64,000 bases of DNA from NCBI GenBank assembly GCA_026393095.1, contig JAPLAV010000046.1, forward strand, positions 3,918-67,917, given 5' to 3'. This document shows, in pieces, positions 42,164 through 51,600 of the stretch. This DNA is from Actinomycetota bacterium. GTDB taxonomy: Bacteria > Actinomycetota > Actinomycetes > S36-B12 > UBA5976. Every line of letters begins with the position of its first letter. Position 1 is the stretch's first letter. Position numbers and translations under genes: made by a program. Under the pieces are notes generated by a model. The model worked only from the letters and a program-made list of their open reading frames with translations, made no database searches and had not been told where the DNA came from.

Positions 42164-43890
42164 TCCACTGGATAGCCAGTTGGCTTTCCGTTAGAAGGAG
42201 GAATATTTAGTTGTTGTAATGAATATTGTGCAACTTCCTTGAATACCGGTCCTGCAAGCATTCCTCCGTAGCGACCATTTCGTGGGTGATGAATTGCAAC
42301 TGCCACCACAATCTCAGGATCTTCTGCTGGAGCCATACCAATAAATGATGCGATCACATCTCGGGAATAACACTTACAATTTGGATCTACAACTTGAGAA
42401 GTTCCAGTTTTTCCTGCTACTCGATAACCAGGAATTCCAGCAAGTGGTGCGGTTCCTTCATCTGAAACTACTGTTTCCATCATTTCTCTTAAAGTTTTAG
42501 CGGCTGCTACAGAAATTACTTCTGTTCTTTCAGGTTCTGCTGCTGCTTGGTATTGCCCATTTGGCATTACATAGCCTTCAATTAAAGAAGGATTAATTCT
42601 CACACCGTCATTTGCAATCGTTGCATACATGCTGGCAATTTGAACTGCGGTAACCATGTAACCCTGACCAAAAGCAAAGGTTGGAAAACTTGTACCAGAC
42701 CATTTTTCTAATTTAGGCAAACGTCCTTTTGATTCACCAGGAAATTGCATACCGGTTGCTTGAGCTACTCCGAATTTTCTTAAATAACTATCAAATTTTT
42801 CTGCACCCATTAATTCTGCAGCTTGAATTGTTCCGATGTTACTTGATTTTGCAAGCACTCCAGTCATTGTTAATTTCAAAGTTGGATGAGGTTCATGATC
42901 ATGAAATGTTTTACCGCTTCGTTTTAATACCGGTGGAATAGTAAATGGAGTGGTTGGACTTGATACACCTTCATTTAATAAACCTGCCATGGTCATAACT
43001 TTTGCAGTAGAACCTGGCTCATATGCATCAACTAAAGCGTGATTAACCGTTACCCCTTCTGCTGCTTCACCGGGTTTATTGGAATCAAAAGTTGGATAAT
43101 TTGCTAGAGCAAGAATTTTTCCAGTTTTTGGAGAAATTGCTACAAGTGTTCCACTTGATGCTTGGGCATATTCAACTCTAGTAGCAAGAGCTTGTTCTGC
43201 TACAAATTGCAAATCTCTATCAATTGTCAATCTAATTCCCATTCCTGGAACTGGTTTCTTTTCTGATGCAATTCCAGATGGAAGTGGTCTTCCTCCAGCG
43301 CTGATTTCGACAGTTACTTCACCTTGAGATCCTGCTAATTCTTTTTCAAATCCATATTCAAGTCCAGCTAAACCTTTATCTTCTCCACCAATAAAACCAA
43401 TGGTGCTTGAAGCAAGTGTGTTTGAAGGATAAATTCTCTTTGTTGTTTTCTCACTAAAAATTCCTGGCAGTTTCAGTTCTTTAATCTTAGTCCATTGTTC
43501 TGGAGTGATTTTCTTCAAAACATAATTAAACTTGCGGTCCCCTGATAATTCAGGAATAAGAGTTGCAACGTCAGCTCCTGTTATGCCAGCTATGGCATTT
43601 GCGGTTCCAGCAAGATCAAGCACCATTGTTTGATCAACAGTGATGTCTCGGGCATCAACTGTGATTGCTAGCGGTGCACCTTTTCTATCTGTAATTTCTC
43701 CACGTTGGGCAGGCAGAATTAGAGTTCTAGTTCTTTTCTCAGCCGCTGCTGCAGCAAGTTGAGGAGAATCTAATGCTTGTAGTTGAAAAAGTCTTAACCC
43801 AAAAATGGAAAGAACAATGAAACAAAAAGCTAAAGCTCCACGCATTCTGCGTGGTCCGGTTTTTAGTTTGATTACTTCATTTGGATTCAT
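42157..43890 (-). CDS. ftsI: class B penicillin-binding protein (FtsI/PbpB transpeptidase)
   Basis: 577 aa with an N-terminal TM helix and the SxxK (GSTAKV), SxN (KSSNIG) and KTG (GKTGTS) motifs. Lies in dcw order. Confidence 0.92.
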   Translation of the reverse strand: MNPNEVIKLKTGPRRMRGALAFCFIVLSIFGLRLFQLQALDSPQLAAAAAEKRTRTLILPAQRGEITDRKGAPLAITVDARDITVDQTMVLDLAGTANAIAGITGADVATLIPELSGDRKFNYVLKKITPEQWTKIKELKLPGIFSEKTTKRIYPSNTLASSTIGFIGGEDKGLAGLEYGFEKELAGSQGEVTVEISAGGRPLPSGIASEKKPVPGMGIRLTIDRDLQFVAEQALATRVEYAQASSGTLVAISPKTGKILALANYPTFDSNKPGEAAEGVTVNHALVDAYEPGSTAKVMTMAGLLNEGVSSPTTPFTIPPVLKRSGKTFHDHEPHPTLKLTMTGVLAKSSNIGTIQAAELMGAEKFDSYLRKFGVAQATGMQFPGESKGRLPKLEKWSGTSFPTFAFGQGYMVTAVQIASMYATIANDGVRINPSLIEGYVMPNGQYQAAAEPERTEVISVAAAKTLREMMETVVSDEGTAPLAGIPGYRVAGKTGTSQVVDPNCKCYSRDVIASFIGMAPAEDPEIVVAVAIHHPRNGRYGGMLAGPVFKEVAQYSLQQLNIPPSNGKPTGYPVEW

Positions 43891-44279
43891 GGTGTGCTCA
43901 CAGGAGTAACAACATTTGGATCTGGTTCACTCAAAATTGGATCAACACCTGCACCCAGCAGACGACCATCTCTTAAATCGATAAAGGCAGAGCCTGGACT
44001 TGGAATCATTCCTATTTCAATAGCTTTATTTTTTAGAACTTCTGGTGATTCCATACGAGAAACATTTTGTGCCAAAATCTCATGTTCATCAGCTAATGCC
44101 ATTGATTGATTCTGTAATTCTTGGATCTGATATTGACCTTGAGACAATAAGGTATTTACAAACAATCCACCCAGCATGCCCAAAAGCACAATTCCAGAAA
44201 TAATCAATCCAAAACCAACAGCAGCAATTTGCTTAGGTGTTACTTGTGGAGTGCTTAGCGAAATCGGTGCAACACTCAT
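43887..44279 (-). CDS. FtsL-like septal membrane protein
   Basis: 130 aa bitopic protein: a TM helix followed by a Q/E-rich coiled coil. Occupies the conserved slot between rsmH and ftsI. Confidence 0.6.
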   Translation of the reverse strand: MSVAPISLSTPQVTPKQIAAVGFGLIISGIVLLGMLGGLFVNTLLSQGQYQIQELQNQSMALADEHEILAQNVSRMESPEVLKNKAIEIGMIPSPGSAFIDLRDGRLLGAGVDPILSEPDPNVVTPVSTP

Positions 44280-45235
44280 GCTGCCACCGCCACTCTTTGA
44301 GCAACTCTTAAACGAACTGAAGTTGAACGAGGATTTAAAGCGATTTCTTCATCACTTGCTTGTTCTGCTTTTCTGGTAATTAATTCAAATGGAGCAATAC
44401 TTTTTGATAGTAAAATTGGTAAACCTGGCAATGCGTCAATAATTGATGATTGTTCTTTGAAAGCATTCTTAACAATTCGATCCTCTAATGAGTGATAAGA
44501 CAAAACTAGAATTCGTCCTCCCACAACAAGAGCAGACATTGCTTGGGGAATTGCTCTTTCTAAAATTTGTAGTTCATTATTAACAGCAATTCTTAAAGCT
44601 TGGAAAGTTCTTTTTGCAGGATTTCCACCGGTTCTACGAGCCGGTGCAGGAATAACATCTTTAATCAATTCAACTAATTCAAAAGTGGAACTCCACGGTT
44701 TATCTGCTCTTCTTTTTACTAATTCTTGAGCAATGCGTTTAGCAAACTTTTCTTCACCATAAGTGCCCAAAATGTAGGTTAAATCTTTAACGTCATAAGT
44801 GTTCAAAATATCTGCTGCAGTCAAAGAATCTGTGGCATTCATTCTCATATCAAGGGGTGCATCTTGGGCGTAGGAAAAACCACGGCTTGCTTCATCTAAC
44901 TGAATTGAAGAAACTCCTAAATCAAGTAAAACTCCATCTACTTTTCTTCCGGCAAGAACAGTTTCAATTTGGTCATAAGTTTCATTAACAAATTCAACAC
45001 GACTAGCTAGTTCGCCAAGTCTTTGTTTGGCTCTTTCAATTGCAATTGGGTCTCTATCAATACCAATAATTTTTAGATTTGGAAAAGCTTTTAGTAGTGA
45101 TTCTGTGTGTCCAGCTAAACCAAGAGTTCCATCAATTAATAAAGGATCAGAAACATTAAGTGCAGGAGTAAACATTTCAAGAACACGATCACGCATAACA
45201 GGTATGTGTTGTTCTTGCAACGACTTTTCAGCCAT
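44276..45235 (-). CDS. rsmH: 16S rRNA (cytosine1402-N4)-methyltransferase
   Basis: 319 aa with HIPVM, DGTLGLAGH, GIDRDP, LDLGVSS and SYHSLEDR motifs. Confidence 0.96.
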   Translation of the reverse strand: MAEKSLQEQHIPVMRDRVLEMFTPALNVSDPLLIDGTLGLAGHTESLLKAFPNLKIIGIDRDPIAIERAKQRLGELASRVEFVNETYDQIETVLAGRKVDGVLLDLGVSSIQLDEASRGFSYAQDAPLDMRMNATDSLTAADILNTYDVKDLTYILGTYGEEKFAKRIAQELVKRRADKPWSSTFELVELIKDVIPAPARRTGGNPAKRTFQALRIAVNNELQILERAIPQAMSALVVGGRILVLSYHSLEDRIVKNAFKEQSSIIDALPGLPILLSKSIAPFELITRKAEQASDEEIALNPRSTSVRLRVAQRVAVAA

Positions 45236-45270
45236 TTACTGTTTCCCCTTCCCCTAACATTTCGGCTTTG

Positions 45271-45352
45271 CGTTTCACCGAGGTCCCCCTCTGCAAACAT
45301 TGCTTCCGGCTTCGGGGAAGAAAGTCTGCAGAGAGAGGCCTCAAGCGAAACG
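45271..45352 (-). ncRNA. structured 5' leader of rsmH, consistent with the actinobacterial mraW RNA motif
   Basis: An imperfect ~82-nt hairpin, GC-rich in an AT-rich genome. Pairings are CGTTTC(45271-76)/GAAACG(45347-52), GAGG.CC/GGCCTC, CTCTGCA(45289-95)/TGCAGAG(45327-33), and an apical CTTCC...GGAAG. It lies between mraZ and rsmH, the defining location of the mraW motif. No covariance model was run. Confidence 0.55.
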
Positions 45353-45381
45353 AAAAAATGTTTTCGTTTAACTTCTAGCTT

Positions 45382-45813
45382 CTAAAAGATTCCTGGCACC
45401 ACCTCTTCAGCAGTTGCAGCAAACTTTGGTTCAGCAACAGCTAAATATGTTGACCAAGCTTTTGGATCCCAAATTTCAATAGTGGTATCAGCACCAACCA
45501 CGATTACGTCACGATCAAGGCCTGCATATTCTCTTAATGGAGTAGGTAAAGTTATGCGACCTTGTTTATCTATTTGGTCATCAAAGGCAGAAGAAAAGAA
45601 AACTCTTAAATAACTTCTAACTCGTGCATCATTTCTTGAAGCTTCACGTAAGCGTTGAGCATAAATTTGAAATTCACTTGCTGGCCACATCACAACGGAA
45701 AGATCTTGACCTTTAGTTAAGACCACATCGTTAGAAAAACCTTCACGAAATTTTGCAGGAAGCACTAAACGACCTTTGTCGTCTAGACGTGGGGCATGAG
45801 TGCCCAGAAACAT
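45382..45813 (-). CDS. mraZ: transcriptional regulator MraZ
   Basis: 143 aa with duplicated SpoVT-AbrB halves: LDDKGRLVLPAKFRE and IDKQGRITLPTPLRE. Confidence 0.95.
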   Translation of the reverse strand: MFLGTHAPRLDDKGRLVLPAKFREGFSNDVVLTKGQDLSVVMWPASEFQIYAQRLREASRNDARVRSYLRVFFSSAFDDQIDKQGRITLPTPLREYAGLDRDVIVVGADTTIEIWDPKAWSTYLAVAEPKFAATAEEVVPGIF

Positions 45814-45927
45814 GAGGCCTCCCCTTTATCTAGATCCCCTAGCCCTCGATCAGCCTCTGGCCGAGTGGCTCAAACCCCTAAAAAAGGCGTTTCGTCCACC
45901 TTACTCCCTTTTCCTCCAAAATCAACC

Positions 45928-45991
45928 CCCAGCCCCCATATTTCTCATATTTCCTCCCACCGGCCCCCATGAGAATTTCCCCTCTGGCCCA
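45928..45991 (-). promoter_or_regulatory. phased TGGG(G/A) repeats upstream of mraZ, candidate MraZ operator
   Basis: On the minus strand, TGGG starts at 45991, 45969, 45959, 45938 and 45931, giving spacings of 22, 10, 21 and 7 nt. E. coli MraZ binds TGGGN direct repeats with about 10-nt periodicity. The tract lies 115-180 nt upstream of the mraZ ATG. Confidence 0.35.
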
Positions 45992-46026
45992 CCGAAGGGT
46001 GATCTTCTGGCACCTAGGATGAAGCG

Positions 46027-46779
46027 ATGGCTACCGCTAGAAAAAACGCTCAACGTAACGCTGGTTATGCACTTCATGTGTTTACTGCCAGTGGCGCAGT
46101 CTTTGGAATGTTGGCTTTACAAGCAATCATTGATGGTCGAGTTCGAGATTCTTTAATTTGGTTAATTATTTGTCAAATTCTTGATGGCATTGATGGACCA
46201 ATAGCTAGAAAACTAGATGTAGTAATTCATGCTCCATGGTTAAGTGGAGTGGTTTTAGATGAAATCGTTGATTACTTTACTTACGTAATTATTCCGGTGA
46301 TGTTTTTATTAAACATGAACATGATGCCACCTCAATATAAAACTTTTGTAGCTGGCGCAATTCTTCTAACTTGTGCTATCTGGTGGGCAAGAACTGATCA
46401 CAAAACAGATGATTCATGGTTTGTTGGTTTTCCTTGCATGTGGAATTTAGTTGTTATTAGCTTTTTACTTCTAAAAACTCCTCCAACTTGGGTTGTAGTC
46501 ATATCTCTGATTCTTTGTGTATTGCAATTAACTAATATCAAATTTCCTCATCCTGTAAGAGTTACAGTTTTAAGACCTTTCTCAATAACAATTTCAGTTG
46601 TTTACTTACTAGCAATTACTGTTATGTCTCTTAATTACACCGAACCTTTGGAAGCACCTTCACTTCTAACAAAAGTTTTATTGCTAAGTTTGCCAGTCTA
46701 TGCAACAGTTTTGGCGATTTGGAAGACCTGGTTTGTGGTTGAAAAAGCACCTAGATCAAAGAAGAAAGTAAAGGCTTGA
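46027..46779 (+). CDS. CDP-alcohol phosphatidyltransferase, phosphatidylcholine synthase (Pcs)-like
   Basis: 250 aa polytopic protein. The CDP-OH transferase motif is DGIDGPIARK...G...DEIVDY. Pcs-like blocks HVFTASGA, KTDDSWFVGFPCMWNLVV and FPHPVRVTVLRP resemble rhizobial Pcs as I recall it. Confidence 0.6.
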   Translation: MATARKNAQRNAGYALHVFTASGAVFGMLALQAIIDGRVRDSLIWLIICQILDGIDGPIARKLDVVIHAPWLSGVVLDEIVDYFTYVIIPVMFLLNMNMMPPQYKTFVAGAILLTCAIWWARTDHKTDDSWFVGFPCMWNLVVISFLLLKTPPTWVVVISLILCVLQLTNIKFPHPVRVTVLRPFSITISVVYLLAITVMSLNYTEPLEAPSLLTKVLLLSLPVYATVLAIWKTWFVVEKAPRSKKKVKA

Positions 46780-46789
46780 AAATAATATT

Positions 46790-46993
46790 TTGAAACGATT
46801 ATCAAGAAATCTTGCTTATTTATTTATTTCTTTAGCAATTATATTTATGTTGGCTTTTAATTTAATTGGATCAGAAGTTGATGCAGATGGAGTTTTGCAG
46901 GAACCTTTTTTCTTAATTCCCTTTAGTTATGTAAGTTTTGTTTTAGGTATTATCTTTGCAGTTATTTCAGTGGTAAAGAAAAAGAAAAACTAG
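46790..46993 (+). CDS. small two-TM membrane protein (DUF3955-like)
   Basis: 67 aa with a TTG start, two hydrophobic helices flanking DGVLQEPFFLIPF, and a lysine-rich tail. Confidence 0.45.
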   Translation: MKRLSRNLAYLFISLAIIFMLAFNLIGSEVDADGVLQEPFFLIPFSYVSFVLGIIFAVISVVKKKKN

Positions 46994-47373
46994 ATTCCTC
47001 CATCGCGGCGTTGTTGCCAGCGTTCTTCAAGTCTTGACATCAATTTAGAATTCTTTGATCTATTTCTTACCTTTGATGGCGTTGGAGTTGCTGCTGCAAC
47101 TGGTTCTTGTAGCCCGCGAGCAATGAACACAAAACCTGTCAGTACCAATAAGAATCCTGGGATTCCTACAATTACCATTTTGGAAACTACTGAACCAAAC
47201 ACAAGTGCTAATCCTGCAACTAGAGAAAGTAGACCAAGAATTACGTGACGGCGTTCTCCTGGAGCGATGGTTAAACCAGAGCGACGAAGACTGGAAGCAA
47301 ATTTTGGATCTTCGGCATAAAGGGCCTTTTCCATTTGCTCAAGTAGCTTTTGTTCGCGATCTGAAAGTGCCAC
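46990..47373 (-). CDS. DUF3040-family membrane protein
   Basis: 127 aa with a GTG start. The N-terminal LSDREQKLLEQMEKALYAEDPKFASSLR matches the DUF3040 signature and is followed by two TM helices. Confidence 0.7.
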   Translation of the reverse strand: MALSDREQKLLEQMEKALYAEDPKFASSLRRSGLTIAPGERRHVILGLLSLVAGLALVFGSVVSKMVIVGIPGFLLVLTGFVFIARGLQEPVAAATPTPSKVRNRSKNSKLMSRLEERWQQRRDGGI

Positions 47374-47462
47374 TGTTCTTAGTTCCCCGCTCGTATATAA
47401 GGAGTATTGCCTAATTTAAGAATACGACTTTTACTCTTGCTCGTCACATTGGAGTGCTGGTC

Positions 47463-48677
47463 TTAATCGATGAGTCGTGCCGGCTTGACGGCCTCATCCC
47501 CGAATCGGGCGCTGGCCTTGTCGCTAGCCTTATCAATCTCGCGCCAGCCCTTCTCGTTTTCCCCTAACAGCAGCTGCCGGGAGGCAGTTTCGGCCTCTTC
47601 TAATTTCTCAACTCTTACTCCCACCAATCTGACTCTGACTCGATCAAGTTTGAGGTTTTCAAAGAGAGTCTTGGTGATGGCATAAATGTCTTTAGTCCCA
47701 TCAATTGGATCGGTGATGGTTTTGGATCTGGTGATGGTGGAAAAGTTGGCAAATCTAACTTTTAACACAATGGTTCGACCCATTAGCTCTGCTGCTCTTA
47801 ATCGAGTAGCAACTTTTTCACTCAGTCTCAAAATTTCTCTTAAAATATCTTCTGCTTCATCTAAATCTTTTGAAAATGTTTCTTCGTTTCCAATGCTTTT
47901 TTCTGGTTCATAGGGTTCGACACTTCTTTCATCTCGTCCCCAGGACAATTCATGCAAATGCTCAGCTAATCCATCACCCAGCGCTCTTCTTAAAGTATTA
48001 AGGGGCAAATTAGCAATATCTGAAACTTTAAACAAACCTAAGCGGGCTAATACTTCTTCAGTTTTTCCTCCCACTCCCCAAAGTGCACCCACAGGTAAGG
48101 GATGCAAAAACGCAATAACTTCTTCAGGTGAAACCACTAGCAGCCCATCAGGTTTAGCTCTGGTGGAAGCTAATTTAGCGATAAATTTTGTGGGTGCAAC
48201 TCCAACTGAGCATGTGATGTTTTCTTGTAGGAAAACTTTTTCGCGTAATTTGTGCCCAATTTCAGTAGGTGTTCCAAGAAGTTTTCTTGAACCTGAAACA
48301 TCTAGGAATGCTTCATCAACACTTAGTGGTTCGACTAAAGGAGTCATTGAATAATAAATATCTTGTAAACGATTTGATACGGCTTCATATTTTTCATGAC
48401 TGGGTTCAATTACTGTTGCCCCAGGACATTTTCTTAAAGCTTCACTCATTGACATAGCAGCATGAATACCAAATTTGCGTGCCTCATAAGTAGCAGAAGT
48501 TACAACTCCTCTACCTCCACTGTGACCCACAATTACAGGGGTTCCTCTTAATTCAGGTCGATCTTTTAATTCCACAGATGCAAAGAAGGCATCCATATCC
48601 ACATGCAAAATATTTGAATTTGAATCATCCCCAGTTAGTTCTATATGAGGAAGTTTTAAGATTTGGCGATGAGTCAT
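47463..48677 (-). CDS. dinB: DNA polymerase IV (Y-family, catalytic residues intact)
   Basis: 404 aa with LHVDMDAFFASVE, SVDEAFLDV and CSVGVAPTKFIAKLAS motifs. ATGA overlap with the dnaE2 stop. Confidence 0.92.
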   Translation of the reverse strand: MTHRQILKLPHIELTGDDSNSNILHVDMDAFFASVELKDRPELRGTPVIVGHSGGRGVVTSATYEARKFGIHAAMSMSEALRKCPGATVIEPSHEKYEAVSNRLQDIYYSMTPLVEPLSVDEAFLDVSGSRKLLGTPTEIGHKLREKVFLQENITCSVGVAPTKFIAKLASTRAKPDGLLVVSPEEVIAFLHPLPVGALWGVGGKTEEVLARLGLFKVSDIANLPLNTLRRALGDGLAEHLHELSWGRDERSVEPYEPEKSIGNEETFSKDLDEAEDILREILRLSEKVATRLRAAELMGRTIVLKVRFANFSTITRSKTITDPIDGTKDIYAITKTLFENLKLDRVRVRLVGVRVEKLEEAETASRQLLLGENEKGWREIDKASDKASARFGDEAVKPARLID

Positions 48678-51600
48678 AGTTCAATCATCTCGCTTTTGTT
48701 AGTTAACAAAGTTCTTCTTCCAACAGACATGCCGCCTGCTTTCACCCGGTAAGGGTTTGGTTTTGCTCCAGGGCTTAACTCAATAACTTTTTTAACTTCG
48801 TTTATTCCTTTTTGTTGATAAATGCTAAACATTTCACCTAGATCCCAGCAACCAGTTGCTCTAACAGAAACTCCCCTAGGTCCAGTTCTTCTTAAAACCC
48901 CTCTTACTAAAAGTAGAACTGAGTTATAAACAGTTGAGGCGTAATAACTTTGCACATCTTCAAAGAAAGCTGCATCACTTGGACCGGTGGGGTCATCAAT
49001 AGTTAAAAAAATAACTCTTTTACCACTTCTAACTGGTGGAGTTTGAGTAGTTACTTTTACTCCTGCTACTAATACTTCTCTTCCCCCAGTTAAGGAAACT
49101 AATGATTTAGCAGGAGTTACCCCTAACTCTTTAAAAAACGGAATATAGGAATTAACTAAATGACTACTGGCATCAAGACCTAATACTTGTAATTCATTAA
49201 TAATGTTTTCACTCTTTGTAAAATCAGGTAAACCTGAAGAAACATTCTCTGGAGTAGTGGAAACATCTAAAATTAGTTGATTGCTAATTACTCCTAAGTT
49301 ATGTTCTAAATCAGATAGCTGCAGTAATAAATCTCTTCTATTTAATTGACTAGGCAGTATTGAATCAAATCCACCAGCCAAAATAATGTTTTCGGTGACA
49401 TTTTTAGAAACTTGTGCTCTTTGCCAAAAATCAGCTAAAGATGCAAAGGGTCTGTTTTCTACGATTCTTGCTATTTCAGCACCACTAATTGATCTGACAT
49501 CTAATAAAGACAATCTGATGCCATATCTATCTCCATTTTTTTCTACTCGGTAGCACTGATCTGATTTATTAACATCAAGGCCAAGTAAAGCTATGCCAAA
49601 GTTTTTAGCATCATTGGCGATTAATCTTTTGGGATACATTCCCGGATCATGGGTTAACACTCCAGCTAAGAATGCTGCGGTGTGATGAGTTTTTAGCCAA
49701 GCTGATTGATAAGTAGGCAGCGCAAAAGCACCAGCGTGAGCTTTGCAAAAACCAAAGGAAGCAAAAGCTTTAAGGATTTCCCAAATATGGTTAATTAACT
49801 CATGAGAATATTTCAATTTTCGAGCAGCGGAAATAAACCACTCTTCAACTTCTAGTTGGCCTTCAAAAGAGCCCATAGCGCGACGTTTCTCGTCACCCAG
49901 GGCTAAAGAGCAACCAGTCATGACACTAATTAGTTTTATAACTTGTTCATGAAAAACCACTACCCCACTAGTTTCTTGAACAATGGGATCAATCTTTTCA
50001 TGTAACACAGGAAGAGCTTTTCTACCTTGTCTTACTTCTAGAAAAGGTGTGATCATGTCAGATTTAACTGGACCTGGTCTAAATAGAGAAATATCAATTA
50101 TTAGATCATTAAAGTTTTGTGGTCCAAATTTGCCAATTAGCTCTCTTTGTCCCGGGGACTCTATTTGAAAGCAACCCAGTGTTTTAGTTGATTGAATTAA
50201 CTTAAAAGTCTTCTCATCTTCCAAAGAGATTTCATCAAGATTAATATCTATTTTGTCTACTCGTTTTATTTCTTGCAAGCTATAAGCCATGGCAGATTGC
50301 ATTCTGATGCCTAAAACATCAAGTTTAAGAAAACCCATTAATTCCACATCGTCTTTATCAAATTGGCTCATGGGAAACTTGGCCCCACTTTGTTCAACTG
50401 GAGTTCTATCTAACAGAGTTTTATCCGACAAAATAACTCCGCAAGGATGCATTGCTAAATGCCTTGGTAGGCCATCTAGTTTTTCAACTAAATCAAGATA
50501 TAAATCAAGATTTCCCTCACTCATTAAACGACTAAAAGATGATTTTCTTAACTCTGGTAATTGACTTAAAACTTCTCTAGCTCTTCTGGCACTTACTCGG
50601 GGAAAAGTTTTTGCAAAAGCATCAATTTCTCCAGGGGGTAAACCAAGTGCTGCACCAACATCTCTAACGGCATGTCTTACTCGATAGGTTTCTCGCATTG
50701 AAATACAAACCACGCGATCTTTACCAAATCTTTCATAAATTGCATCATAAATATCAAGTCTTCGATCTGATTCCACATCAATGTCAATATCAGGTAGTGC
50801 ACTTCTTAAAGGAGATAAAAACCTTTCCATTAGTAGTCCATATTTAACAGGATCTAGACCTGATATTCCTAAAGTGAAATTAACTAAACTTCCCGCACCC
50901 GATCCTCTTGCTGCTACTCGAATGCCCATTTGTTTAGTTAAATCAACAACTTCACCCACAGTTAAGAAATATCCTGCAAAACCTAATTGGCTAATAACAT
51001 CTAATTCTTGGCTTAATCTTTTTTGGTATTCATGTTTGTGCCCAAAACCTAATTTAGTTAAACCAGATTGGCATTTATCTACTAATACTTTCATTGGTTC
51101 TAAACTGCTTTTACCTAAAACCACATCATTTTCAGGAACACTTATTGATCCAATGCCAATATCTTTAACAGGATCAAGGCTACATTCTTCTGCTATTTGT
51201 TGAGTAAATTTTAATAACAATATTGCAGTTTCAGGACTGCTTAAATGTTTGCCAATGTTGTAGGCAACTTGTGCCATATCAGCACTTGATTTTAAGTAAG
51301 CAGATCCTCTAAAGCCTATTACTTGTTCAAATCTCATTTGTTTCTTAGTTTCAACTGAATCAAGTAATTCAGCCACAATGGCATCTTCTGGATCTAGATA
51401 TCTCACAGCATTTGTTAGCACTGCTCTTAAGCGATTATCTTTAGCAAAAGCTGCCATTTTGCTAGCTGTGCTTAATGAGTATTTGGGGTCAGTAACTCTA
51501 TGAGAATTAGGGTGAGCTGTTACTTCAATTACTACATCATTTCTATCAACATGGCTTAACCAGTTTTGTAAGAAACTATTTGCTAGATCAACTCTGTTTC

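Noticed and set aside
45800-46156. A 118-aa Pro-rich plus-strand ORF spanning the mraZ start, the intergenic region and the start of the Pcs-like gene.
   Set aside because: It overlaps two well-supported genes out of frame, and its composition simply reflects the C-rich intergenic tract. No recognisable motifs were seen. It is most likely a spurious ORF.
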